From Vicugna vicugna (taxonomy: Eukaryota): 64,000 nucleotides of DNA. The stretch lies in the NCBI GenBank assembly GCA_013265495.1, contig MU058241.1:1241249-1305248 (forward strand). Reading direction: 5' to 3'. The position numbers and the translations under genes were made by a program. Shown in pieces: positions 23,741 through 36,275 of this stretch. Numbering within the stretch: the first letter of the stretch is position 1; each line of letters opens with the position of its first letter. The notes beneath the pieces were generated by a model. The model saw nothing but the letters and a program-made list of their open reading frames with translations, did not search any database and was not told where the DNA came from.

Positions 23741-24623
23741 GAGCCTGATTCTCAAAAGTAATGGATGGTCCAGAGGAGGGAGTGGTGCACATAATTGGGG
23801 CTGGAACGAACTGGGGGACGACTTGAAAATTAAAATGTCCTTTATGATGGAGATCCGCCGGCAATTTTTGAGGAGGAAAATGAGGTGGTCACAGAAAGTA
23901 TAGGGTTTCTTGATGTCAACCTTTTTGTTTTAAATATTACCTTGGCAAATGTGCAGCATAATACGTGCCTTCAGGAGTCTGCAACTGCTCCTCCTCATTT
24001 TCATGTATTCTACAGGAGGGCTTCCTGAGTGCCAGAAAGTGTGGTGCAGGCAGAGGAACATCGGGTGTGCATCCAGCCTCCCCACCTGACGGAAAGCCAC
24101 TTCTGCAAATGCTAGATTAAGCTGCATTCATTAATTAAGGTATTCACCTCGTGCAACAACGTCTCATTATCGCTGACCTAACTAATTGAGAATTCACCAA
24201 GATTTAGATATCACCTGGAAAAACCTTATCTTTGCAAAGCAAAGCTCTCCTTCATATACTGGGCAAATTCCTAAAGTAGTAAACACATACGTACCTTCAA
24301 ATTGTAATATAATTGAGACGATTCTTTCCACTCAAGTGAAGTAGTGAGGCTTACGGATTTTCCATCTCAATGTACAGTTTACCCTTCTGACATTTTCAAG
24401 ATAGAATCTACATTTTATTCACTGCATCTTATTCACTCTGACTTTAACAATGAAGCAATCATTTGTGCATATGATTGTGATGGATACAAACTTTCAGTAT
24501 ACATAGTTCTTAAGGGTGGAGATGTTTCTATTTCTTTTCTTTTTTTTTCCCTTGGAGTAGAAAAGGTCTAATTTTAAGAGCTCATGAATCTATATAAAAT
24601 CAGAACCATTACCTGTGCTGTCT

Positions 24624-24637
24624 GTTGCTATGGTTAC
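24624..24637. promoter_or_regulatory. RFX X-box motif match (function untested)
   Basis: GTTGCTATGGTTAC reads GTAACC-AT-AGCAAC on the minus strand and matches GTNRCC-N2-RGYAAC; it lies in non-repetitive DNA. Confidence 0.35.
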
Positions 24638-25767
24638 ATACTCATGTGATCTGTAGCTCTGACATAATTCAGGTATCTGCAGAGCAATATCATTGCAAAG
24701 GCATCAGGGAAAATTTAAGCAGCGAGGGGAACCAAGAAAAATAATTTACAAAAAAACCCCCAAAGATTTTAAAAGGAAAAGGACACTCTAGTAAACAAGA
24801 AAATTTCTTCCTCCATTTTGTAATTTATTTTCTACTTTCATGATTAACCATTCACCTCTCTCTCTCTATAGATGTTTTGCTGTCTCCTAGGGATCTGTGT
24901 ATTCCACTTAACACTTAAAGTGCACATCCTAACCGGCACAGGAAAAAAGGCAAAGATTTCTTAGCTACGGAATATTGCATAAAAATAATGTAAGACGTTT
25001 GTAGAGATTAAAAGGTTATTGGTTTTGCTTTCAAATCATAAACCGCCAAGAGCTATGCTTTTTTAAGGAGACTTTCCTGGCACCAAACCTCTATTAAAAT
25101 GTACTGAATGGCCTTTGATGAAATAATACTCATTTTGCTTCAGTGAACATTAACTATCTGAGTTAACAGTTAGGTTTGTAGTTGGAAGATGCAAAGGAAA
25201 TATGGAATAAAACAATGATTAGGTATTACTACTGTTGTAAATAAAGCAAGTCCATCAGAATTCATGCCTGGTTACATGGCTGAGAGCTAGGTAGCCGACT
25301 GACAGACGTACAAGACATGTTCAGATATTAACTGCATAATTAATTAATTTCATCGGACATGATATCCACCTGAATCCATTACATACAGCCAAAGCATGTG
25401 CTCGTCTCCTGGGATCCCAGGAAATCAGGTTTCTTAAACGACATGTTAAAGTGACTGGTAAATAGTGATGCTCTGTAGGCATGCTATATTGGACAAGTCT
25501 GTTGAAATAAGTAAAAGAACACAGAACTGCAATTGAAGTATTAGAAAAGAAAGCAAATAAACCAAGAGAGAAAAAGAAATATACGCTGATGAAGATGAAT
25601 GAACAAAGAAGAGTGGTTGGAAATAAAAGATGAAATGCTGTGAACCTATCCAGACAGAAGCCTGAGATGTGAGCAGTCAAGACATAGGTAACTTTAAAGA
25701 AAGAAAACTGGTGATGGAAATAGTGTTACTTGTAAGCTCTCAATGATTTTGATCTGTCTCCTCACAC

Positions 25768-26345
25768 TGACCATACCACCCAGGATCTTCCAGAGAAACA
25801 AAACCTGTAAGATAGTTAAGAAATGACAGACAGACAGACAGACAGATACATACACAGAAACATAGATACATAGAAAAACAGAATGGATGGATGGATGGAT
25901 ACATATATGCATACACAGACAGATAGATACATAGACACATAGATACTTAGGATGGATGGATGGATGGATAGACAGACAGACAGACAGATGCGCAGATGAC
26001 AAAGGCAGACAGATGACAGACAGGTTGGTAGATAGAGGGATGTCTACATAGGTCTGGAGGTCCATCCATCTATTGCAATTTACCTTTGAGAAATTGGCTT
26101 GTGGGTCTGTGGTTCTGGCAAGTCTGAAATCAGCAGGGACAGCTAGAAACATAGGATTTCTAGGTTACAGGCTTGAGGCTGAATTTCTTTTACTCTGGGA
26201 AATCTTGATTTTTGCTCTTATGGTCTCTTCAAGTGATTGGATGAGGTTCACCCATATTAAGGAGGGTGGGCTCCTTACAGTCAGTTGATGGCCCATGTTA
26301 ATCACATTTGTAGAATACCTTCAGAGCAACATCTGAGCTAGCACA
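25768..26345 (-). mobile_element. MLT2-type LTR containing a compound microsatellite
   Basis: CCAGAGAAACAAAACC...GAAATTGGCTTGTG..GGCAAGTCTGAAATC...GATTGGATGAGG..CACCCA. Confidence 0.7.
25825..26040. repeat. Compound (GACA)/(GATA)/(GGAT) tetranucleotide microsatellite
   Basis: Direct observation. Confidence 0.9.
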
Positions 26346-26374
26346 AACACTCGTGCAGAAAAGATGAACAGAAG

Positions 26375-26690
26375 AGATGAAAACTCTAATTCAAAAAGAC
26401 ACATGCATCCCCATGTTCAGAGCAGCACTATTTACAACAGCTAAGATATGGAAGCAACAACATAAGTGTCCATCGACAGATGAACGGATAAAGAAGTTTT
26501 GTGTGTGTGTGTGTGTGTGTGCGCGCGCACGCACACACGCGCGATGGACTACTACTCAGTCATAAAAAAGAATGAAATAATGCCATTTGCAACAGCATGG
26601 ACCTGGAGATTATCTGAGTGAAGGAACTCAGCAAAAACACAAATATCATCTGATCACTTATATGTGGAATCTTAAAAAATGATACAAATT
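26375..26690 (+). mobile_element. L1 ORF2 3' fragment
   Basis: Translates to KTLIQKDTCIPMFRAALFTTAKIWKQ, homologous to the ORF2 C-terminus at 38112-39194. Confidence 0.9.
26500..26543. repeat. (TG)n(CG)n(CA)n alternating purine-pyrimidine tract
   Basis: Direct observation. Confidence 0.9.
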
Positions 26691-29600
26691 AAACAAGCTT
26701 TCAACAAGCTCAGGTCTCTGTTCCGAACCTTCTTCTGCCGGAATAGTCACTTTGCAGCATCGGAGACAAGTGTGGAAGTAGGCCCACTGGTGACACGCTG
26801 CATTAGTATTATGCATCGGCTGAATAAATGCGTGGGCCTTGTTAATATTTTATCTGTCCTTTAAAAAGCTGCTCTCCCAAATGCTTTGGGAGAGGAGACT
26901 GGTAATTTATCATCATCCACACTGTCGCCCTACAGGGCATGTTTGCAGCTCAGGACGATAGATTGCAGGGCCCCCCGGATTTTCATCTGTATCCACCTCC
27001 CAGTTTCTCCTTTCTCCCCCTGCCATCAGTGCTTCTCATTTTAGAAGCAGCAGAAAGTGGTACCGTCGGTTGCTGACTTCAAATAAATACCACCTCCGAC
27101 CCTGTCCGAATGGGTCTCTCCCCAGTTAGTCCTGAGCGTTTGATTTGAACACAATAAAATTAGGTAAATGCACATTTGGCAAAATACAGCAGCACAGTTG
27201 GTTCTGGAGGTGGGACCTGGTAGCAGAGGAAAACAGTACAGCAAGAAGGCTTTTCACTGTTCGTCCTTTTGTACCTTTGACTTTTGTACCATATGCATGT
27301 GTTACTGAGATACGTTAACCAAGTAAGTACTGAACCATCAGATAAATATGCTTAAGTGCAGGGTACCAAAACCTGGGGTGCTTTCTGAGGTCTGCAGAGT
27401 AAACCTCAAGCAACCTTGTGGTTCCACTCCTGCATCCTGGGAAAGGAACTCGGGAGACCCTGTTACGCTGAGGAAGCCAAGTGCAGACCCTTAGAGAGCG
27501 AGAGGCCGTACAAAACAGACACCGAGGGACTGTGGCCAATGGACAGTGCCGGCTCCACGCAGACGAGGGAGGCTGTATCTTCTCAGCTCCTCCACCTCAC
27601 ACCCTGTGCCCTTCTATCAGCAGAAAGTAGGATTTTTGTTTTTCATGGTTTGCCCTGGCAATTGTGTTTTTCGGTGATATAAAGTACACCTACATTTTTT
27701 AAACTCTACGAAACGCAACTACAAAATTAACACATTGTGTTATTATCCATCTGGATATACATCACGTCTCTTCCCACCTTCGGTCTTTCACATGTCCACT
27801 TTGTCAGCTGCCTCCAGTAATGAGGGACGCCCTTAGGGTGAGTGGAAAGAATAACAGGATGGTCATCACCCTCAACACTCGCCCAGGCTTCTCCCATCTT
27901 TGTACCCTGCCCGACGACCTTCCAAATAGGCTCTCTTGAACTTGGCCTTGCTTGACCTAGAGGCTCCTAATGGGGCCGATGCCAGGGGCTCCCTGGGCAG
28001 CAATGCAGTTCCTCCGTCCTTGGGAAAGAACATCTTTGCAGCACCAAAGGGTTGAGTTTATCAAATACAGAAAAGAGCAAATGCTCCAAAAATGCTCTGC
28101 CCTGGGCTTCCTCTCAGGTACGGCTGCCTATGCGTTCCCTCCCCACCCCCATACAGTCTCTTGCACTGGGCGGACCACGGAAGACCTGGGTTGGGACTCC
28201 TGCTTCACTGAGTCCAAGCAAACCCAGGAATCCTCCATCTGCCTCTCTGACTTGACTTTGGGTCTAAAAGCCTCCCCCTTTTCCTCTTCTTTGCATCAGA
28301 CAGAGAGGAGGGTCCCATGTGTAATGGGCAGATCATCAGACATCCTCTGCCTGTCTTCGTGTTGGTCCAATGCACCCAGCGTGGATTTCCCTATCTCATC
28401 ACCATGGCCACAATGGAATAACTCAACCCTGGCTAAGGGTTTGACTAAACCAGCCCAGAGTATGCGCACTGTAAGAACGGCTTCACTCAAACCCAGTCAA
28501 GTCATCTGGGTAGGCGACAGCCCAGACCGGGGCACAGCTAGAGGTGAGCTCGTCCCTCACAGTCCGTCTTCCCCACACCTGCAGGACACACGCATCAACT
28601 TCCAAGACACGAGCCCTATTCTGGGTCATCTACTTCTTTTTCCTTTTGACTCCTAAAAATGTTCTCAACCTTCCACATCCTTCATAAAACCCCACGTGAT
28701 TTTCCTAAATAAAAACTTGGGGGCATCATCCCAAATATCAACCTAGATTCCATGGAAAAGCCCGCTATGACTGAGAACACTTAAAGAAAATGCCTGAGGC
28801 TCTGAAAGAGGCGTTTAAAAGAACGTTTTTAAGAAGTGTCAGTATCACTGGAGCAAGGATGAAGCCCTACGAGTCGACTGCTTTGAAAGGAAACGTTCAT
28901 TTGGACAGAGGAATTTTGGTGCCATTTTTCAAAGCAATTCAAACATCAGGACCATCAATTTACTCTAAACAAAAAACACCATAAAAAGAAAAAACAACAC
29001 ACAGTTATTATCCTCACCTCCTGCATTATCCACCCATCTAATGCGAAATGATTAGCATTATGTTAACGTCGCTGTCTAACCCTTTGGACTCCTGGCTTAA
29101 TGTCACTTTTCTTGCCGACGTACAACCCTTTACAACCAATATCCGTCCCAGAAGGCATCCTGTTCTCCCCATAGCCGACATTATCAATAAATACGTCAAG
29201 GAAGGAAAGGAAGCATGCACCCTTTCAGCAGCCTGACTGCCCCTTAAGTCCGTGTGAATATGTGCTATTGACCCTCAAGTCGGTTTCCCGCAGGGTGTAC
29301 TGTTTGGGAACAAGCTAATTTGCTCCTGTCCGCAGCAAAGCAGATGGTGCAGTGACTGAAACAAGCATCTGGGAGATAAGGGCCAGGCTCTGCAGCCCTG
29401 ACACTGTCACCGAAGCCACCGTCCAACCTTTCCTACCTCAGGCTCCTCGACTCCGCAAGCACAGGCTGGGCTGGGGCTGGACACCAGGGTCCCTACCATT
29501 TCAGGCTGCAGTGCCAGCGTGCTCCTGCGACTGTGGAGGGGAAGGGGGTCTTGGCAGCGGAAATCTAGGCCCTCCCTACCCGGGTTTGCACGACTCCAGG

Positions 29601-30149
29601 AGAGCCTCTGTGTCACTGTGCTGAGGGCTACCCTGGACGAGCTGGTGGAGAAGGGCCAATGTTCCTGTGGGGCCAGGCGTCCCTTTCCTCCTCAGCTACA
29701 CTGCTAACCCCGCTCTGGGACACTTGTGAAGGAGAGAAAGAGAAGAAGCTGCGTACCGAGGGCATCCCCACTCAATTCCGCGACCAGAGAACCAACCAGA
29801 GGACACTCAATCTCCCGGGCATTTCCCTCGAGCTCTGTGATGATACATCCTACTGAAGGGGGGCATTCCCGCTCCACGGGCAGCTGCAGGACACGCCAGG
29901 CTGCCCAGAGCAAGGCACCAACGGCGGGCCCTCGCTCCTTCTGCCGTGCGGTTCATGACTGCTGCCCTCCAAAGGCGGCACCGAGGAGGGGTTTGAAAGG
30001 TTTCAGAGACCCCCCCAAGCCTCCATCAACCCCCCCAGTGTCACCGCAGCAGATACACAAGCTTAGCCGTCAGAAACGGGGCGCTCACTATACAAACATG
30101 CCTTCAGAAACAGCCTCCACACCCACACTTCCATCCTTTGGGCGCAGCT

Positions 30150-30294
30150 CAGCGCCTTCACATAGACCCGGAGTCTCCAGGACCCGGACCCGACGGCAGC
30201 GCCTTCACGTAGCTCCGGAGTCTCCAGGACCCGGACCCGACAGCAGCGCCTTCACGTAGATGCAGAGTCTCCAGGACCCGGACCCGACGGCAGC
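30150..30294. repeat. Minisatellite, 47-bp unit, about 3.1 copies, CpG-rich
   Basis: Unit CAGCGCCTTCACGTAGCTCCGGAGTCTCCAGGACCCGGACCCGACGG starts at 30150, 30197 and 30244. Confidence 0.95.
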
Positions 30295-31289
30295 ATTCTC
30301 CCCCTGTAAAACACAGCACCACAAAACTCAAGCCCTGAGCTGCTTGCCGCACATGAACCACAGTGGGCTGGAGATCCAGAATCCACCCTTTTAACCGGAA
30401 AGCGTGGTAATTCTTTGGAAGAGTAACATTTGAAAACTGCTGTTCCGTAACACTGTAGGTCTACCAGGTTGACAAGGGGCGGCTGGAAAGGAGGAGGGTG
30501 TTTAAGGAGCCTACAGCGAACGTGCGGTCTGGGTTTCTCCGGGACGTAACACTGCCACAACCGGGAAGACGGCGGGTGTAGAAGCACCTCTCTACTCAAC
30601 ACACGGCCCACGGTCCAACATCACCCAGAAGCTGCGTAAACTCAGAATTTCACGCCCATGCTCAAATCTGCATGTTGTCAACATCCCCAGCGGATCTGTG
30701 TGCCCGCTGAAGTCTGAGAAGGGCTGGGAAATAGAGGAACAGGGCGGAAGTGAAATGACGCACCAGGGGTCCGCCTTCCCAGGCCCAGCGGAGAAGGAGA
30801 CTGATACTCACAGAGCATCTACTGTATCCCATTGGTCTGCTGGGTACATTTTATAAGGCATGCTAGTTTTATTTCTTTGGAGGTTCACAAAACCTTAGGT
30901 TGAGCAATTTGCTCAAATTAAGCTATGTAATTTGTGTCAGTTAATAGAGTTTATAAGGGGTAGGGAAGAGTTTTAACTCCCAATGAATTTCGCTTCAGTT
31001 CTGACTGTCCCACCATGAGCCTGGCAAAGTAGGCTGCGGTCAAGGGGATCCACTTCGTGGACTCACCAACCTGACCCCACCACAGGAAGGAGAGAACCCA
31101 GCAGGCCCGGGCTGCACAAGCGCAGGAAGCGCCCACTGGGGTACTCGCCTTTGTTGGACCTCTGTGAATTAAGCTTTTCGAATGTCCCCCAAATGCTAAG
31201 AGTGCTTCTCACACTTGGGACCGTGAACCTGACTTCCAAGACCGTCTGTGTAGCTGTAAAGTCATGTGACTTGCAGTCTGCTCTCCCTC

Positions 31290-31621
31290 TAGTGGTCTGG
31301 AGCTTTGTAAACCACGACCCAGGATAGAGACGCTGAGTTCCGAGACGTGAGCTGGTGCTCCTGGCAGACCACCCTGCCCGTGTCATTACAACTCGTGGCT
31401 GGACGAACTAAGCATGCCGTGTGCTGCCCCACGGGGAGAGGTCTCGCGGAGACTCATGCCTCGTTTCCCAGGGACTTCGCCCCACGTGCCTTTTCCCTCT
31501 GCTGATTGTCCTTTGTATCTTTTCACGGTGACAAACCGTAACCATGGGTGTAACAAGTTCTGAGTCCCGTGACTTCAAGTGAACCCCTGAACCCAGCATG
31601 GACTCAAGGACCCCTGACACA
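31290..31621 (+). mobile_element. MER21-like LTR, 3' part
   Basis: TGCCTTTTCCCTCTGCTGATT..TGTATC...AAACCGTAACCATG...GGACCCCTGACACA. Confidence 0.65.
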
Positions 31622-31937
31622 TCCCTCTTAAGAGGCTCACAGCCCCAGGGCCGAGCTACGAGGCTTCAACAAGCTGGGAATCACCCGAAGCCTTGATGCA
31701 GCGTCTCGGGGGCAGGTCCCGAGACGGTGAATTCTAAGTCACGCTTTTCTAATGAAAAGAGACCCACATGGCTCTCATGCAGACAGGCACAGATGACCCT
31801 TTGAGGAGCAGTGAGGAAGAAGCACAGACGGAAGGAGCTAGATCTGGCTTCAGATTAGAATAATCTTCCAGACAGTGTTAACTCAAACCACACCCCAAGA
31901 CAAATTAATTCAGAATCTCTGCGAGCAGAGATTCCCC

Positions 31938-32125
31938 CAGCTTTACTGAGGTATCACTGACAAATAAAAGATGTATCTATTTAAGGTGTACAAAAGATAT
32001 TTTGATACATGTATATATTGTGAAATGTTTACCATCAAACTCATTAATATATCTGTTATTTCATACAGTTACTTTTTTTTTCTTGGTGAGAATAATATCT
32101 TTTCTCCTAGCAAATTTCAAGAGAA
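31938..32125 (-). mobile_element. L1 3' end (L1MA-type)
   Basis: CAGCTTTACTGAGGTATCACTGACAAATAAAA..TATTTAAGGTGTACAA. Confidence 0.75.
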
Positions 32126-32264
32126 CTGTACATCTGGATGAGGGGGAGAGACCTAGTCCACTGGTCTCATCTCCAGGACTTACGCATCCTGCAGGCATCA
32201 ATATTTTTGGAAATGTCAACAAGCAATTGTAAAATGCAGCCTTGGCTGAGAAGGGCTGGGCTAA

Positions 32265-32415
32265 TTCAGCACTCAGTCTTTAAAACGTGCACACATCACT
32301 GGAAGACTGTGCGAATTGTGATTCCATAGGTCTGGGTCGGGTCCAAGCATCTGCATCTCCTACAGGCTCAGACGACGGATGTGGATGCTGCTGGACCACA
32401 CTTAGAGCTGCGATG
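32265..32415. mobile_element. MER5-type fossil
   Basis: TGATTCCATAGGTCTGGG..CCAAGCATCTGCAT...GATGCTGCTGGACCACACTT. Confidence 0.55.
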
Positions 32416-33771
32416 TAGGAAGTGGAAACATCTGCTCACACCTGACCTCGTTCACAGAGCCCCTACGTCCTACTAACGTGCACGCCCAGAAAAGAGTTTT
32501 CCATAGCCCTTCAAAGATGAGAAATAGGACTAAACACAAAATTAAAAATAAGAGATACAAGTAAATAAATTAGTCACTTATGATCACTATGGTTCAGAAA
32601 GTCAAAGTGTAGCTAAACCAAGTCCTTTTGTTAACAGCCAGTCACTGCCGCAGAATCGCTCCGCCCTTGACTTCAGACACACAACGTGAACACCTCTCTC
32701 TCAAAGCACCCCTTCCCGAGAGTGAGGGAAGGAATTTTCTTTTCCTTCTAGCTGCGTGAGAGAGTTTTTTTCTTCGTCACGCTTTAAGGAACGTGTATGC
32801 TCTCAAAAGACCGCAACACAGGACACAGGTAAAGCTCCAGGAAAACACAATTTCAGGGACATGTGACTGTCGGCAAGACAAGGAATAGAAACAGCAGGTC
32901 AAGCCTGCTGTGTGTGTGTGGTCAACACACCCGCGGAGACCTTGGCTTCCTAATAGCTGTGTGTAAAACCAGGTGTGCAGGTGCCTTGCACGTTTACACG
33001 GAATCTGCAGAGCAATCTCTCTCTTCTTCCTGTTGGCCCCTTTTTCTCCCGTGTCAAGGAACTGTGTTCACAGACTCCCATCTGAAAGTCCTCACAAGCA
33101 ACACCATCGCTACCCTGTACCGCATCCAAAGCAGCTGCTTACCAAGGACAGCGGACGACGATTTCAAACCACCATAAATATGCCATTCCTTTATCTCATA
33201 ACAAAACAGCGGGACCACCGCACAGCCCCGGGCAAAGAGCCCGCTGCAGTCTATCTTTCATGATGCACACACGGGGTGGAGCTACGGCAACTCGAGTGAT
33301 GCTCCTCGCCCCAGCCCCACCGAGCACGCGGAACTAGTGCCGATGAAGGGAAAGACGCTGCACGCGGAGTTCTGTGCGAACTGTTGTTTCCACGCCTGCT
33401 GGCAAGGGGGTGTGCTGCTGAGAGGGAGGAGGACAAGGAGGGGCTCGACATGCTCTCACTCTAAATTGATAAAAGCGGGGAGAGACACGAGAGGGAATAC
33501 TACTGTTATTTAACAAGACATTCACCTTTCTACAGGTATCTTAAGATGTAAGCAGAGGAAGATCTCAGTGGTGCCTACTGCTTAGGAAACGGGGGATTTA
33601 GGAAGAAAAGGAGCGATACTCCGGAGCCTTGGAGGGGACCCATATGGGGACTCAGAATGCCGTCCATCACCAGCTCCACTGAAGATCGAAAAAGGAAGCA
33701 AGGTGGGGACGGGTAAAGAGGAAGGTGTGTTTGGGTGCACGAGAGCACTGCTGTTCAGGTCACAGGTTCTT

Positions 33772-33910
33772 GGGGGCGCAGGTACAGCTCAGTGGTAGAG
33801 CACAGGCTTAGCACGCACGAGGTCCCAGGTTCAATCCCCAGTGCCTCCGCTAAAGTAAATAAATAAAAACATAACTACCCAATTCCCATCCCACAACAAC
33901 AACAGAAAAA
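33772..33910 (+). mobile_element. tRNA-Ala-derived SINE (Vic-1-like), apparently inserted in a MIR
   Basis: A-box CAGCTCAGTGG, B-box GGTTCAATCC; TSD TCACAGGTTCT (33760-33770, 33911-33921). Confidence 0.9.
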
Positions 33911-34329
33911 TCACAGGTTCTGGAACCAGCAGAACTGAGTTTCCAGCATGGTGCACTACGACTTCTGAACGCGGCAATAACCCGAGGCAATTAATTTAAT
34001 CTGCCAAGCACCGTTCCTTCACAGGACTCTCTTGAGGGGGTATCTGAAACAATCTAAAGTCACATCCATGTCATAATTGCTCATTAAGCTTCGAAAAAAC
34101 AGATGAGCACCACATTATTTGTAGACCATCACACCAGCTCTCTACTGTAAAAATGCAAGATTAAAGGGCGCCAGCTGAGACCGCTCTGCCCCTCCAGGAG
34201 GAGCCCTGTTTCAGGGCAGTGGGTCACCCCAGGTCAGGACGCAAAGCTCTTCTCTGTGAGCAGGTGCGAGCTAATACATGCACGTGGAATGAGACAGTTA
34301 AGACAAATCGCTATTTTGTAAATTCCTAA

Positions 34330-35200
34330 TAAAAACATACCTATCAAGGAAGAATCATTGGCGATGAAAACCATCATGTAAAAGCTTAATGGGCAAAATG
34401 AATAAAGTAATCTTGGATTATTGACCTAAAGAAGTAAATGAATATCCATGAGTCCCTGGTGATAAGAATGAAATATGTAAAATAAATACACAGGTGAGAA
34501 CAGACAAATCTCCCAGGCAGAAGAATTCTAAATAACGTATGTTTTCCCCATCCTCAAGGGGGTGGAGAAAAAGTCCCCAAGAGTCACTTTCTTCCGAAGA
34601 GGACAGCTGGGAGTTTTCAAAGAAGTAACATTACAGTGGAGAAACCTGACGGACACTCCCTCAGACAAGGTGGTGTCAGGTCAGGCTCAACAGTGATACA
34701 TCACATGTGCAGCCTGGATGTGATGTAATGAAGACGACAGTTTACCCTTGTGGTCTGCCTCCCCCAAGCCCCCAATCCCCATCTAATCGCGAGAAAAACA
34801 TTAAACAAATTCAAATTGACACACACTCTACAAAATAGGGGCCAAGCACTCCCCAAAGCTCTCCAGGTCATCAAACCCAAGGAAAGTCTGAAAAACTGTC
34901 ACAGCCCATAGGCACGTAAGGAGACATGATAACTGAATGTAACGTGGCATCTGGATGGGATTCTGGACCAGAGAAATGACACTGGGGAAAACTAAGGAAA
35001 TCTGAATAGTGTACGGACCTTGGTTACAGAAATGTGTCCATCTTGGTTCATTAATTATGAGAAATGGACGCTATGAATGCAGGATGTTAATAATGTGGGA
35101 AATGGAGCATCGTGTATATGGGAACCCTCTGTACTTTGCTGCCATTTTTCTGTAAATGTAGACATATCCTAAAACTAAAAAGCACATTAAAAAAAAAAAA
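34330..35200 (+). mobile_element. Old L1 (L1MC/L1MD-type) 3' region
   Basis: ACAGTGGAGAAACCTGAC...AAGGAAAGTCTGAAAAACTGTCACAG...GGGAACCCTCTGTACT...polyA. Confidence 0.75.
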
Positions 35201-35874
35201 GGATTATTGCTGGGAAATGGATATTCACCTGGTGCCAAAATGCCACCCTAGGAAATCGCTGGTTACAGGGATTTGCGGGGAATGTAATCCTATAAGGGAA
35301 AGATGGGCTCTGAATTCAGTGATGGGTCTTAGCCCGTCTATGCAGGACAACCAAGCCCCACAGGGCCACTTAACGCCATTAATCACACAACACTCAGGAA
35401 GGTTTCAGGAATGAAATGTTGACACTGAGTCTAGAAAGCTCTAGAGCTAACTTCCAGGGGACAGGAGATACAGAGACAGATGGCAAGAGAACACACCACG
35501 AGAAAACCATCAAACAAATCCAAAACACCCCAGAAAGCAACTGGGTTTTTTTTTGTTTTGTTTTGTTTTCATCACGTCAATGTCACCAAGTTGGAGATAC
35601 TGATTTAGACCTAATGATACAATTGCAAATAAATTCTGCTTTGAACAGAGCATCTATAAACACTTTTCTTGGAGGCACTAGGAAAATTTAAATATGGCCT
35701 GTGTCCGAGGCAATATTCAGAATATTCCACTATCAGTTTCAAAAATATTACTGTGATTTTGGTCAAGATACCCTGACCTTTTAAAAAGATATTTTGGGGA
35801 TGACATGTCATGGTGTCTGTAATTTATTTCAAAGAATTAAAGTATTGCTTCAATCAACATGATGCACCCATGAG

Positions 35875-36275
35875 TGTATGACTCAGCTTTTGCTGTGTAA
35901 CAAACCTCCCCAACACTCAGTGAGGTAAGCACATATTATTTATTCTGTCTCACATGTCTGTGGGTCATCTGCTGGTCAGCTGGTCTAGCCTGCACTTTCC
36001 GCGGCACGACTCCGTGTATTTCATGCAACCTTTGCAGGGGACCGTTCGCTGGGATTCCTCCCTCTTACGAATAGGTCAGACACCAGAGCGGCATGACTTC
36101 ATCATACAAACAGATCAAAAGCCTCTCTGGCATCTCACTGGCCAAGACAAGTAACACAACCAAGTCCAAGGCCAAGGAATGGGGAGTACACTCTGGCCCT
36201 GGTGGAGAGAATTACAGTCCTAAGGCAAGGAATGTGGAGACTGGGAGGGGTGGCGTCGTAAGCAATGACGCACGG
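35875..36275 (-). mobile_element. MLT1-type LTR fossil
   Basis: TCAGCTTTTGCTGTGTAACAAAC...CACTGGCCAAGACAAGT..CCAAGTCCAA. Confidence 0.65.

Noticed and set aside
33772..33850. tRNA-Ala(AGC)-like sequences (also at 7251, 16633 and 17863)
   Set aside because: A-rich tails, TSDs and broken stems show these are SINE heads, not tRNA genes.
17848..33921. Two SINE TSDs both begin with TCACAGGT
   Set aside because: The elements are in opposite orientation, so the shared bases lie at non-equivalent ends of the target; probably coincidence.
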